Position numbers and translations under genes: made by a program. DNA of 63,005 nucleotides, the filler included, from Dimargaris cristalligena (lineage: Eukaryota): assembly GCA_003614675.1 (NCBI GenBank). It is 4 parts of 4 records of this genome, joined end to end, with 100 filler letters (N's around TTAATTAATTAA, not from the genome) between each part and the next. Parts side by side here need not be neighbours in the genome. Positions count along the whole stretch, not along the records: positions 1 to 15,737 come from ML002876.1; 3 more parts are not named here. One strand, given 5' to 3'. The notes below the pieces were generated by a model, which was not told where the DNA came from, did not search any database, and saw only the letters and a program-made list of their open reading frames with translations. Every line of letters starts with the position of its first letter. The first letter of the stretch is position 1. This document shows, one piece after another, positions 1-11,163 of this stretch.

Positions 1-55
<55 letters not shown>

Positions 56-57
56 TT
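1..57. repeat. (ACT)n microsatellite at contig start
   Basis: Perfect ACT tandem array from position 1, decaying near 54-57. Confidence 0.95.
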
Positions 58-2077
58 ACCTTAACGACTACGCCAACAGCAACTAAACGGTACTTCCATT
101 AATATGTTTTTTTTTGCGTCTCGTTCGGCGACACGAAATGAACTGGAAACGGGGAAAGCAGGGGTGGGTTAAAACAATCAACCGATTGATTAAAACAGGA
201 ACACGGGGCCGCATTGGACAGTTCGGAAAGGACACCGGTACGCCGGCACATGGTCACCAACGACCGAAATCGAAGGGGCCTCTGAGTCACTATTATCATT
301 ATTATTATACCCTCCATTGGCCAACTAGGTTCAACCCGCTGACTCGTCATCGGTTACTGTACGGGACCAATCGCGGCGCCATACTTGTCCCCGAGGAAAG
401 AAAGAGGTCATGAGGGGGTTACTTTGGGTTCGAAAAGACGTGTCGAATGAAATAACAACCAGGGGGAAGGAGAAGGTGGAAATGTATCTCGCCTGACTCG
501 GGCTAATTTCCATCTTACCCTTCCCTTGGGCGCTCAAGGGTCGGGGGGTTACTCTTGTTCGATGAGAACCATCGACTATTCGAATGGTTCACTCTCGGGG
601 TTTACCGGCCGACTTCCTAAGCATACGCCTCCCTCCTCCGACCAGGTCATTCGAGAGCGAGAACGGGAATGCGTGATCATATATATCCCCGAAACTAGGC
701 TAGGGACCTCACGGCCCGTAAATTTCACAGGTAACCAACGTCTAGTACAATACGCACGGTAGATTGCTGTAAAAAACCCCAGTGGCCAAAACTGGGGGAG
801 GGGACGGCTAATGGGCCACCCCTCTCTCTTATCCCCTTCCCTGTCATCATTATTCGAAACCCGGCCCGATGTTGCCATTATCGCAAAGGGCCAAATACAT
901 CGAGTGATCATCACTGGAAAGGTTCGGAGCTGATCTTGAGCAGCTGAGGAAAATGGGACGAAAATAGGGCAGGTTTTGGACTGCATGAGCCATGTGTAAT
1001 CACTATATTCGATTATTATTTTTTCACAATATACAATGTACAGTGACGCACAGGATGGGGCAGCTGGTCAGATTCCTTCCCTTTCTTCTAATCTAGACCC
1101 AGACCCTATACACTCGCGCACTCAGTCTGTACATAGACCATTTAACCCGAATGTCTCTCTACATGAGAAAATAATGGCATTGGGAGTCCGAACCCGGCCG
1201 GGTTAAAGCCGTGCCCAATGCTATATTATTTTAAAATTGGTAACCCGAATGATTGAGCTGATTGAATCAATGTAGAATGATGTTAGTGTTGGGGGTTGTT
1301 TACCCCAACGCGGTTCATCACTGGACTGTAGTGATCATGCAAAACCTGCAGATCCTTGAATTAGTTGGCTGGGCCAACTGATAGTTTAACATAGAACCGT
1401 TTATAATCATTAACATCCCTAAAACTTTCGTCCCTACCGCAATTATAATATAAATAACACCGCCAATGTGGTAATAGGTCGATCGTTGTATTGGTAGGTT
1501 CAGTGATCCCCAACCATAGCTTTCCAACATTGGTTTCTGATTTCGGTGGCCACCTTTTTTTTCTTTGGCGATCTGATTCACCCCCCGCATGCTCGCGAAG
1601 CCCTAGTATCTCCGCAGAATTGAATACACCGCTACTGTCTATGACCATTTAGAAACGGCAGTAATAAAAAAAGACATTCATGGACAAGTATTGATGGTAC
1701 ACGGACGCTCAAAGACTATCCAACCTCCCCTCCCCTCCAAGTGGCTCTGTGATCAAGAACAATCTTAATGTAAGCAAGCCACAGTTTCCGACTCACAGTA
1801 AGCGAAATATTAGCATTGGCCTAGGGTGCTTTTATGTCCAGCACACGGGGCTGTCATATGGGCCATACTCCGCTACCGACTCGGCCAAAAAAACACCACT
1901 CACATGAGGGCTGATTGATCACCTGAGTTACATTTTTCATCCAAACGCACGTTTCACTGCGAGATGTCCCGCCTAATTAGGTTGTTGACGAGAATGCAGG
2001 ATCGGCTCAACTAAACTAAATAACCATTGGCGGGACAGGGTGATTTGGGCAGTGGTTGGTTTTCGTGTATATACATA

Positions 2078-2218
2078 TATGGGTAGAATTTAAGTCGATT
2101 GTATAAGATGTTAAATAATATAAGGGCGGGTAGGAAGGCGGAATATAAATTTCCAGCCAATAGTGCTGTGTTACCAAACTGACTCTTCATTTTACAGCTG
2201 GCTTGAACTTTGCCCATA
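2078..2218 (-). mobile_element. Degenerate ~140-bp MITE-like element with ~29-bp inverted repeats; extra arm copy at 2266-2293
   Basis: Arms at 2078-2106 and 2190-2218 are inverted, with an 83-bp spacer. The same arms and spacing recur at 52446-52585 and partially at 47367-47420. Confidence 0.5.
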
Positions 2219-2971
2219 CATCTCCTGGGTATTTTTTTAAAAAAATTCATTCATTCAAAATCGGCTACAGCTGGGCTGAACTTCCTCCCATACCTAGTAT
2301 TTGAGAATCAGCATTATACTATAAGTTAATTATTCTCCAACAACAAGCGTCAGATTCCCAATCGATTCAGAAATCCCCCTTCCATAGATGGCTCGAATAT
2401 TTGCCAATTTCACCTGGTCCGTCGGTCAGCGTGATGGCATAGAGTTTCTGGAACCTGTTTCAATGGTTTCGCCATTTTATTGGGTTATAGGGGCATTGGA
2501 TATCAGCAGACCGCTGGTTAAAAGCACTGCAGGGGCCCTAAAGCCGGAGCTTGCGCCTGGAGATTACGTATCATATATGACACGAGTCAAAAATCACACG
2601 AATGCCCACGTTTGTAAAAATCATTGGCGTATGGGCTACATTTTAGTAATCACATAAATAGACGGTGCTATAAAGAAGGGGCGGCCGGGAATACCCGGTT
2701 GTTATTTGACTTGCTAATTGGAAAGGCCCTATCCCCCCCGGTCGTTGGTGGTGACGTCGCTAGGCTGCACCCAATTGCGCAGCTGCTAGTTAATAATGAT
2801 TTTATCGTGCAGGGTACATTTCCTTTTAATAGGCCAATTCTGAATGTAAAATCGTGCGTGGCGGGTACTTTAAAATCAATCATTCGGATGCGCCCCATTG
2901 GGGCGGCACGAACTAATGGCTCTACAAATGGGCCTCGCTTATTAATACTCCATCGGTAGACACATTCGGAA

Positions 2972-4948
2972 CTAGACGGGTTTGCGGCAAAATACCACCA
3001 CATCGCCACGTCGGCGGGAGTCCCCATTCCAGTGGGTGTTGAAAAACCGGCCGCACTATTGAGGCATCGTCCAGAAACAGGTTTAAAACAGTCAACAAAA
3101 GTGGGAGATAAGGTTAGCCAGTTAGGGATTGGTTTCAGGTCACAGGGACACAAACAACAAACTACCGCAATGAAGTCCCAGGAAGATGGATAGGGAATTA
3201 AGCCTAGCAACCGTTGCAGATCATCGTATTTTTTTCCCAAGAAATATTAAAAAAGCAATTCACCATACCTCTGTGTAATTGTTAGCATGGAGGACCGGTA
3301 ACAGCGCTGACGTATCTACATCATAAATCACAATATGACTGGGTGGAGATGAAGTTGGATGGGGGGAACTGGCAATGGACCCCGGTGAATCAAAGTAATT
3401 GTGCAAAAATAGCGCAGGGTTCTCACCATAACTACCCGAATCATATTGGTATTCAGCTAGAGGTCGATTAAAGTTGACGGGTGGTTCACAGCCCAAGAAG
3501 CTGAGACTGACATTATAGTGGATATGGCTATAGTACGGGGTGGAGTGACAGGGCATGAGAAACAAAATGTGTTCGATAGGGGTACTTCCTGCTATGTCGG
3601 ATTGGGCCAAACCGCTGCGCTGTTCGTGGAGCTGATGGCGGAAGGAATTCACGACATCTACGACTCCGCGCTGGTGGACCAGGTTGGTGTATAGGGTGAC
3701 GGGGAGGTTGGTAATCAGCAGGAATATAAAATATTTCAGCGCACCCGGCCGGAGGGAAAACGTACTAGCGGTGGTGGTACGGCCACGCTTTCGAGCAGGT
3801 AGGGCCAGGTGCCGTTGCAGGCCCAGACCGGTCAAGGCAAACATGATGGGTAGTAAACAGCTTAGGAACCGGGCCTCCTTGTGACTCAGGGCGCTATAGC
3901 CCGCGATGACCCCCGCCGCAATCCATAGCCACCTCCGGAAGGGGGCCAAGGCCGGTTGAGTGGAGACTAGATACGTTCCATAGAGAGCATGGGGCAGGAG
4001 AGTAGTGAGGAGGAGTGGAATACCAACGGCGGGATACCAGTACCAGGGCTGCGTACCGAACCAGGCACTGAGATTCTGGTCGACATTAAAATAGTAGAAA
4101 TTGAACGGTACGAATACCCATTCGCCGTAAAAGGAATGGTCAATTAGGAGCATCAGGCCGAGGGCGGTCGCGAAAATGGGTATCGTACAGGCCAGGATAG
4201 AGCCGATCCACCGGGGGTGGTGCCATATCAGCTGCAGGCCAGCCCCCAGCCACAGCAGGGCACTCGTGGGTCGCAACAGACACCCCAGGGCCGCCCAGGC
4301 CAAGGCCCTTGGGAGATCCCGTAGCGCCGGAAATGCGCCGGAGGATCCACTGCTGGACGAAGCCGTCGGCCATGCCGTCAGGGCCAGGGCCACGCAGGCC
4401 GTTTCGGCGGCATTAGCCAACGGCCGCACCATGAGCGTGCCCATAGTCCAGGACACCAGGGATGCCCAAAGGGCCCACCGGGCCACGGCGGGACCCAGCC
4501 AGGTACGCGTAAACCGGTATGTGGCCCAGTCAATAACGGCCGCCGTCAAACCGCACCCGACGACCGGCGCGTAAATAAGAACTTCCGACGTACCGACCAA
4601 ACCGCCCGCCCGCTCCTCGAGGTACGTCAGGACCCGGTAGAGTTGGGCAAATAGCCACGGATGGGCGTACCCCCGGAGACGGTGGGCCCATTCCCAGGTG
4701 AGGTAGCCGGTGCCGAATACCATGTGGTGCGCTACCTCCAGACTCTGCCAGGTTTCGTCCGGTAAGAGAAAGGTCTGGACGGAGAATGCATTGAGCAGAC
4801 GGAAGGTTAGAATGGCGAGGAACAGGCCAAGGCTGCCGCTGCCGGAACTTGGGGATGCTGATTTCGAATTGGGAGTGGTCGACGGGGACTGGGCGGTCAC
4901 GCGTGGTGTCGCAGCCGTCGACTTGCTCTGTCGCTTAACCGCAGGCAT
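2972..4948 (-). CDS. GPI10: GPI mannosyltransferase 3 (PIG-B/Gpi10, GT22); exons 4948-3269 and 3055-2972
   Basis: Motifs PDETWQSLEVAH, GYLTWEW, HKEARF, LMPCHSTPYYSH, plus many TM segments. A GTATGG donor after NNYTE joins the final exon CGRFFNTHWNGDSRRRGDVVVFCRKPV*. Confidence 0.93.
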
Positions 4949-5598
4949 GGTTGTAAAAGGCTAGGAAACGTTCACGCCTGGTGAATGGGCTTGGGCAATG
5001 GGTTGCCCCTTTTTTTAAAATAAATATATAGAGAAAATTAGGGAAAACAAAAACGGGTCGTTTAGTTTGCAAGAATGAACACGTAAGCACGACCAAAGAA
5101 AACATACCTCACCGACTGCCCATTTTACCAAGGCGGCTATCCCACTCATTATCTCAAAAGGAGAAGGGGAATGTAACTAATTGCCACAGCCAACTCAAGC
5201 TGCTGTAGAAACCGGGTTAAATTTTAAGGTCCGTGGCTTTTCTCTTTACCAAATATACATATATGATATTTCAAAAGGTACCACAGTCAAGTGCTCATCT
5301 AGGTTTTAAAGGCACGATAAATGAACGCGTTTATTATAGTGCTTCTAATGCCATTTACGATGTGCGAAAGCCAGCATTACGCCGAGAGCTATAGGATGAT
5401 CGCGAGGCCTTTGTGACCAATGCTGATAATAGGAAAGGGCATTGTAAATAGTACACGAATGGTGCTAATAGGTTTTTGAGAGAGTGAAAAAAAGAGAGAG
5501 AGAGAGAGAGAGAGAGGAAGGAAGGAAGGATAGCAGAGTAATATAGGGGGAGGGGTACCAAAAACAGAGGTGTGCCCCGGCGGCTTAGGTCCAGCCGT

Positions 5599-6120
5599 TT
5601 ACAGGCGGGCGATAAGGGCCACCGTCGTCGTAAGGACCAGGGCGACCATACCCATTTGTCGTTGGGCCGCGGCCGCCGACGTCTTTAGGTCGTCCCCATG
5701 CGTAACATCGACGCACTGAAACTGGGTCTCTTGGACCACCGAGTTTTCATAGTGAATGAACTGGGCGGATACCGTACCGGTCGTGTCCTTCCTGGCCACT
5801 TTGGAGAAGTCAATCTCCTGGCCCACCATTTCGGTGGGTTTCTCGAGGGTAATATTGGTCAAGGGTTTCCACTGGCCCTGGCCGTCCACGGCCGAAAAAT
5901 AGTATAAATTGATGGACCCCGGTAGATAAGGCACCTGGAATTCGAAACGCTGCTTGGCGGCGATTTTCGTGGGCGACTGGGGTCGGTCGAGACCACCGCA
6001 GGGTCCTTGGGACATGGCGTACATGTCTTGGCCGCGCGACGGGGGCTGGGTGACCTTGAACAGACTGGGGGTCTGCGCGGCGATGGCGGGGAGCACGGCG
6101 AGGAAGTAGAGGACCTTCAT
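5599..6120 (-). CDS. Small secreted, GPI-anchored protein, Bim1/X325 (LPMO-like) related
   Basis: Signal peptide, F-x4-PSRG...GPCGG motif, C-terminal QCVDV, and a hydrophobic GPI-signal tail. Confidence 0.7.
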   Translation of the reverse strand: MKVLYFLAVLPAIAAQTPSLFKVTQPPSRGQDMYAMSQGPCGGLDRPQSPTKIAAKQRFEFQVPYLPGSINLYYFSAVDGQGQWKPLTNITLEKPTEMVGQEIDFSKVARKDTTGTVSAQFIHYENSVVQETQFQCVDVTHGDDLKTSAAAAQRQMGMVALVLTTTVALIARL

Positions 6121-9100
6121 AGCGACTTTCTTGGGCGAGGGAGGATCGGCTAGGATATAAATGGGAAATGTATGGAAGTGGATATATGTGTGTGGAGGAG
6201 AAGGGGACTAGCAATGCTATCAGGGAACGGTAGTATTTAAAAATGCGCGATTACGGGAGAGTCGAATATGATGAATCAAAAAGAGGAGCGGTGTTAATAG
6301 ATGGGGGCATGGAAAGCCCTCCTTATTTATATACGCGAAGGTCGCTTTGGTTGGGCGTTGAACACAAGCATTGTATAATAAATAACCTGGCCATACTTTG
6401 ATAAAACAGCGTAATGTGGCTATTTTCCTGCTCCCCCCTCGCGGAAGTAGCGCTGTGGCCGCATAAACCGGCGGCCCTAGCCAGCAACCACAGCAGTGGG
6501 GTTTCTCTCTGTGGTCTTCTTTTTGGTCTTTACAAGAGCCACCCGCCGAGACTGTGTGTAACGCGTAGCGTAGAACGGGAAGGCCAGTATCATCATCCGG
6601 TCAAGCCTCTGTGCGACTAAGTTAACAATAGCGAGCGTGGCATTCCTTGCTACCTCTCCTTCTCCCCCATCCCAGGTCCTTGAACTAGGTCGGCTGGCGC
6701 ATATCATTTTAGGGTATTTGGGGTGGGCCTGATAGTTTAACACAGCCGATTTAAATAATAGATATTGGGAATACCCCGCTACCGAATAGGGCAGTGGATA
6801 GGACCATATATCTCCGGGGATTTGGGGAGGGATTAAATCATCGCCCAGACTTACGCAGTAATAAAGGTCTGGTCGGGCATTGGGTATATAGGTCAGGGGC
6901 GTTCGTTAGCGGCGCCCGTCCCTTCGATCAGTTCGGTCGGTCGATGTTACTTCCCAGTCAGCACCGCATAATGACGTACATGCCCGGGTTTTCTGTTTAC
7001 GGATTTAAGTAGAATGCCTAGGGTGTAATCCTGTATTTTCGTAAATGCCCATATCTTCTAGATGAGAATGAAATCACCAATATTCCCCCCTAAATTTCTG
7101 GGAGGGGCCAAATATAAGAGATCTGCCGTTAAAATCTAGGTGAAGGTCTGGGCGGGCGTTCTTTTTTCTTAAAAATATATATATTAAATTGCATTTCTAT
7201 ACAGTATATTTATGTCCCAGTATACCGGTTAGTAAAGCCGAAAACCGGAAACATCAAAAATAGGAAGGAGCCGGAATGGGCTCCAATATCACTTAAGCAT
7301 AGTCAAAACTAGGTCAATAGTCGCCCAGTCTACTCCACGCAATCGTAATGGTTCTATATGTAGACCACGCCCCGTAAGGAAATCTGCCTCCGATTACTCT
7401 GTTCTTAACCTCTCTTCGCCTCCTACCTTCAAAGTGGGTTTAGGCGCCATTCCGTCGCGTAGAAGAACCGTAATCTTACACATCAGCGACATAGACCCTG
7501 ACCTATCCCTTTGTCCATGCAGGGGTGGGCGAGGCGGTCGCTATATTCCGAGAAGACAACCAAGGCATTTCGGAAGGGTGGATTCGGGCGTCCGAATATA
7601 TTTTTTTATCAATATTGTAAGTCCCCTCCCCTCCACCTTCCTTCTATGGCTACCCGTAGGCATATTCCCTGCAGTCACTAGGGATACTGGAGGCGGAATT
7701 AGAATACTATAGTCCGAATACACTCCCTACTATTACTACTACTACTAGGAGTGGGGTGAATATTCAAACCATTCATTTTCCCTTCTTCACCATGACCTCC
7801 CCCAAAGTAGTACCAGTCCCCTTCCATGTTCAGATATCGACTTTCCGTTGCCCCCCGTTTAAGATTTAAAGTGGGGTTCCCCATTCACTTATTTAACCCC
7901 TAAGTCTACCGCTATTATTTCAGCCTCAACGGTAGTACCCTTTTTAGTCATCAAATTCAATCGATGGTATAGGTTTCCTACCGCAGGCCTACCTGTAATT
8001 AATCCAACCTAAGGACACGTATTTGTTTGTGGGGGGGGGGGTAGCTAATAATACTATCAGTGATGCTAATTCTCAGCACCACAGTATCCCGTGCCTTGAA
8101 GGTTATACAAGATAGCATAAACGGATATTTACCTATGTGGAGTTCGTACATTTGGTTTCCGATATGCTGGGTCATTAGTCTTTCCGGACACCAGTTTCCT
8201 TTTTGGCCAAAAATTGTGCCATTATTTCGCCGTGAATTCGGTTAATTCCGGCACATCTGGGGAAAACGCCACAGGACCTCGATTAATCTATTTATACCTA
8301 ATTGTCAAAAAATACCACCACCGCCGGATTCTTCTTTAAAAAGCCATCTGAGTTCACTTTTCGTTGGTTTGATTTAAAGCATATGTTGTATTACCTATCT
8401 TTACCTTGAAAATGAATATAACACGTACAATCAGCCCATATAAAATAAGAAATGCACCCCCCCTGCCCCCCGTTTAAGAGCTAACAGGATTTACACTAGA
8501 CAAACTTATTGTTATCCTACTGATACTTAGAAGCTGATAATAAATGTCCTTTTTTTTTTTTTGAAAAAACCGTAATGGTAATGATAATAATAATAAAAAA
8601 CATCGCACACTAAATAAAATATGCTGGAAATAATTATATAAAAAAAAGGAATCGCCAATATTAATGAAGTTATACGGATACTAAAGGGAGGTGAGAGAGA
8701 GAGGGGGGCGCGAAAGAAGTACACTGCGAAAACGTATACATTAGAGAAATTTACAGGTATCCTAATCACATCATTCGATTGTGGAGAATGGCCTATGTAA
8801 TATGGTATATATAAGAGTAGTGGGAATATTACGTGAATTAAGAAGAGAAAGAAATGAAAACACAATGGGGCGGGGGATAACGATAGAAACGAAAGTTAGA
8901 GAGAAAAGAGAGGGGTGCCGGGTGGGAGAAAAGCGAAGGAAAGAGGAAACCGAATACCCGTCCTCCATGACATATCGGATTATACAGGTGAGATGAATCG
9001 AGGTAAAAAAGGGGGATTAATTAATATTTAGGCTACTGAACCCATCGGAAACTCCCGCTTCCTCGATTACCGAGACCAGAAAATGGATAGCACCGGGCCA

Positions 9101-9285
9101 ATGCCACTTCCGCAGGGATAATAGTGACAAGCGACGGCAAATGTGCGTATCGTTAAAAGGGTCGTTATTCACAAGGAATGGGTCTGGTGCACCATCGAGC
9201 AGACTGCCAACCCTCCACCTATATAAGTAGGTAGACCGGTGTACCATCCCAGCCAATGGAGTCACCCCTCCAACACCCATTATCC

Positions 9286-11132
9286 CTAATCAAACCACGA
9301 CATGGCATTGTTGTCATTGTGATCGTCATCGTTCATGATAAAGTCGATTTTAGACTTGCGGGGCTGTGGTGGGGCTTCGGTAGAGGGAGGGTTAGCGGGG
9401 CCCATAGACTTGGATGGAACCATTGCTGATGCGGCGGGATTAGTAGGCGGAGGAGGTGGCCGCGGGGACAAATGGGGATGGTGCTGATACATCTGTGATG
9501 AGGGTTGCTGGGGCTGGTGTTGCATTAGATGGGCCATTTGCTGATGCTGCTGCTGATACTGTTGCGGGTGGAGGTGATGTGGATAAGGCTGTTGCATATT
9601 AGGAGGTGGTCTAGGATGACCGGCATCCGCGGCTGACATGGCTACACTATAACCCTCAAGAATCCCGGGCGCCTGACCGCGTTGTACCGGCATCATATGG
9701 TTGGGTGGGGGTGGTGGCCCAGTGTTGGGCGGGGCAGCGTTGTTGTGGTGGGTGTGAGGTTGAGGGCGGGGCGGCGGCGGCTGGTTTTGGAGTTGGGAGG
9801 GTGGATGGGGGTGACCATGCCCGGGTACCATCATCCTTCCACTATGGGGTGGGGGGTACGGCGACATTCGATGACCACTGCCGGGGGGGTAGTTGCTCCG
9901 GGTGAAGATGCTGCGGGCCTTGAGGTGGAGGCGGCGGTTGCTGGGGCGGCCCCGACGCACTCTGGGTATGGGCATGATTGGGCCCCTGTCCGGGAGAAGG
10001 TGAAAACGAGGGAGGTCCAGAGCCTGGCGGATTCGAAAAACTGTTGGCTCGGGCGTTAGAAGGCATGTGGGAGAACGGCGTCATGGGTACGTTCGGTGTC
10101 GACTGTTTACGTACAAACGGGACGGGTGGTTGAGCCATGGCTGAATTGGGGGGTGGTGGGCCACCTATCGCACCGCCCGGGTGGCTACCGTAAGGCGGGG
10201 GGCGAGCCGGATGTGGTGGACCAGCCGATACAGAGCCGCCCAGGGCCGCAGGCATTGGGGCGGGTGATCCTGCGGGTACAGCGCCAGTGCTAGGGGACCG
10301 GCCGGACAGGTTGGGCGATTGTATCATTGATCCCTGGTGACCGTGGAAAGTACCGGAACCGCGGCGAGGGGCCATAGGCGGCCGGTGGGACATCATTCCG
10401 GGGTGTGGCGGGGGAGGCGCGCCAGATACAGTCGCCATATGCTCATGACCGGCGGGCAAGTAGGTCGGTGGACGACCGGGGTGTGGGCCGGGCGGGTACG
10501 GCGGACCCTCGGACGGGCCATTGAATGGGCGAGGGGGTAAAGACGTTCCAGGGCCTCCTCCCATGTATGGGGGACGGTGCGGGGATCCTGGCGGGAATCC
10601 GCCCTGTACCGGGTGCGGATAAGACTGATTAAAAGAACCTCGCCGACTGTTGGAGGGTGACAGATGGGGAGGTAAACCGCCCGGATGGGGACCTCCCATC
10701 ATTGCTCCCGGTTGGGGGCCAAAACCAGGAGAGGGCATAGGCTGGCCCATGGGGTACTGGGAGTGTTGCTGCTGTTGCTGCTGCTGCTGCTGAAGTTGCA
10801 ATTGGGGATGTCCTTGAGAAAGTCGACCTCCCATGCCAGGATGGTGCTGTGGCAGAGGCTGGCCGGGGTGGTAATGCATAGGATGATATCCGCCCGGCGG
10901 TCGGGGTGAAAGCGGGGGCCCAGCCGCACCAAGTGGTGGAGGATGCGGCTGGTGTTGTTGCAGTTGCGGACCAGCCATTCCCGGTTGAAGGGATAGGGAG
11001 TGAGTTCGGTGGAGGCCAGGTGGTGGGCGAGGGTAAGGCATCCCTGCAGGGGGAGGGCGGATTGCCATCGCGTGGGGATCGTGGGGCGGTACATGGTCCA
11101 TTGATTGCGATTGCTGGAGTTGTACCATATGA

Positions 11133-11163
<31 letters not shown>

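Noticed and set aside
1177-1221. tRNA-Gly-like ends (GCATTGG...CCAATGCCA) and a GGTTCG T-loop-like motif on the minus strand
   Set aside because: Only about 47 nt, with no D or anticodon arm. Not a tRNA gene.
2668-3240. 190-aa minus-strand ORF
   Set aside because: Overlaps the GPI10 intron and last exon in another frame. No recognisable protein.
5493-5530. (GA)n/(GGAA)n tract
   Set aside because: Ordinary microsatellite in a 3' UTR or intergenic region.
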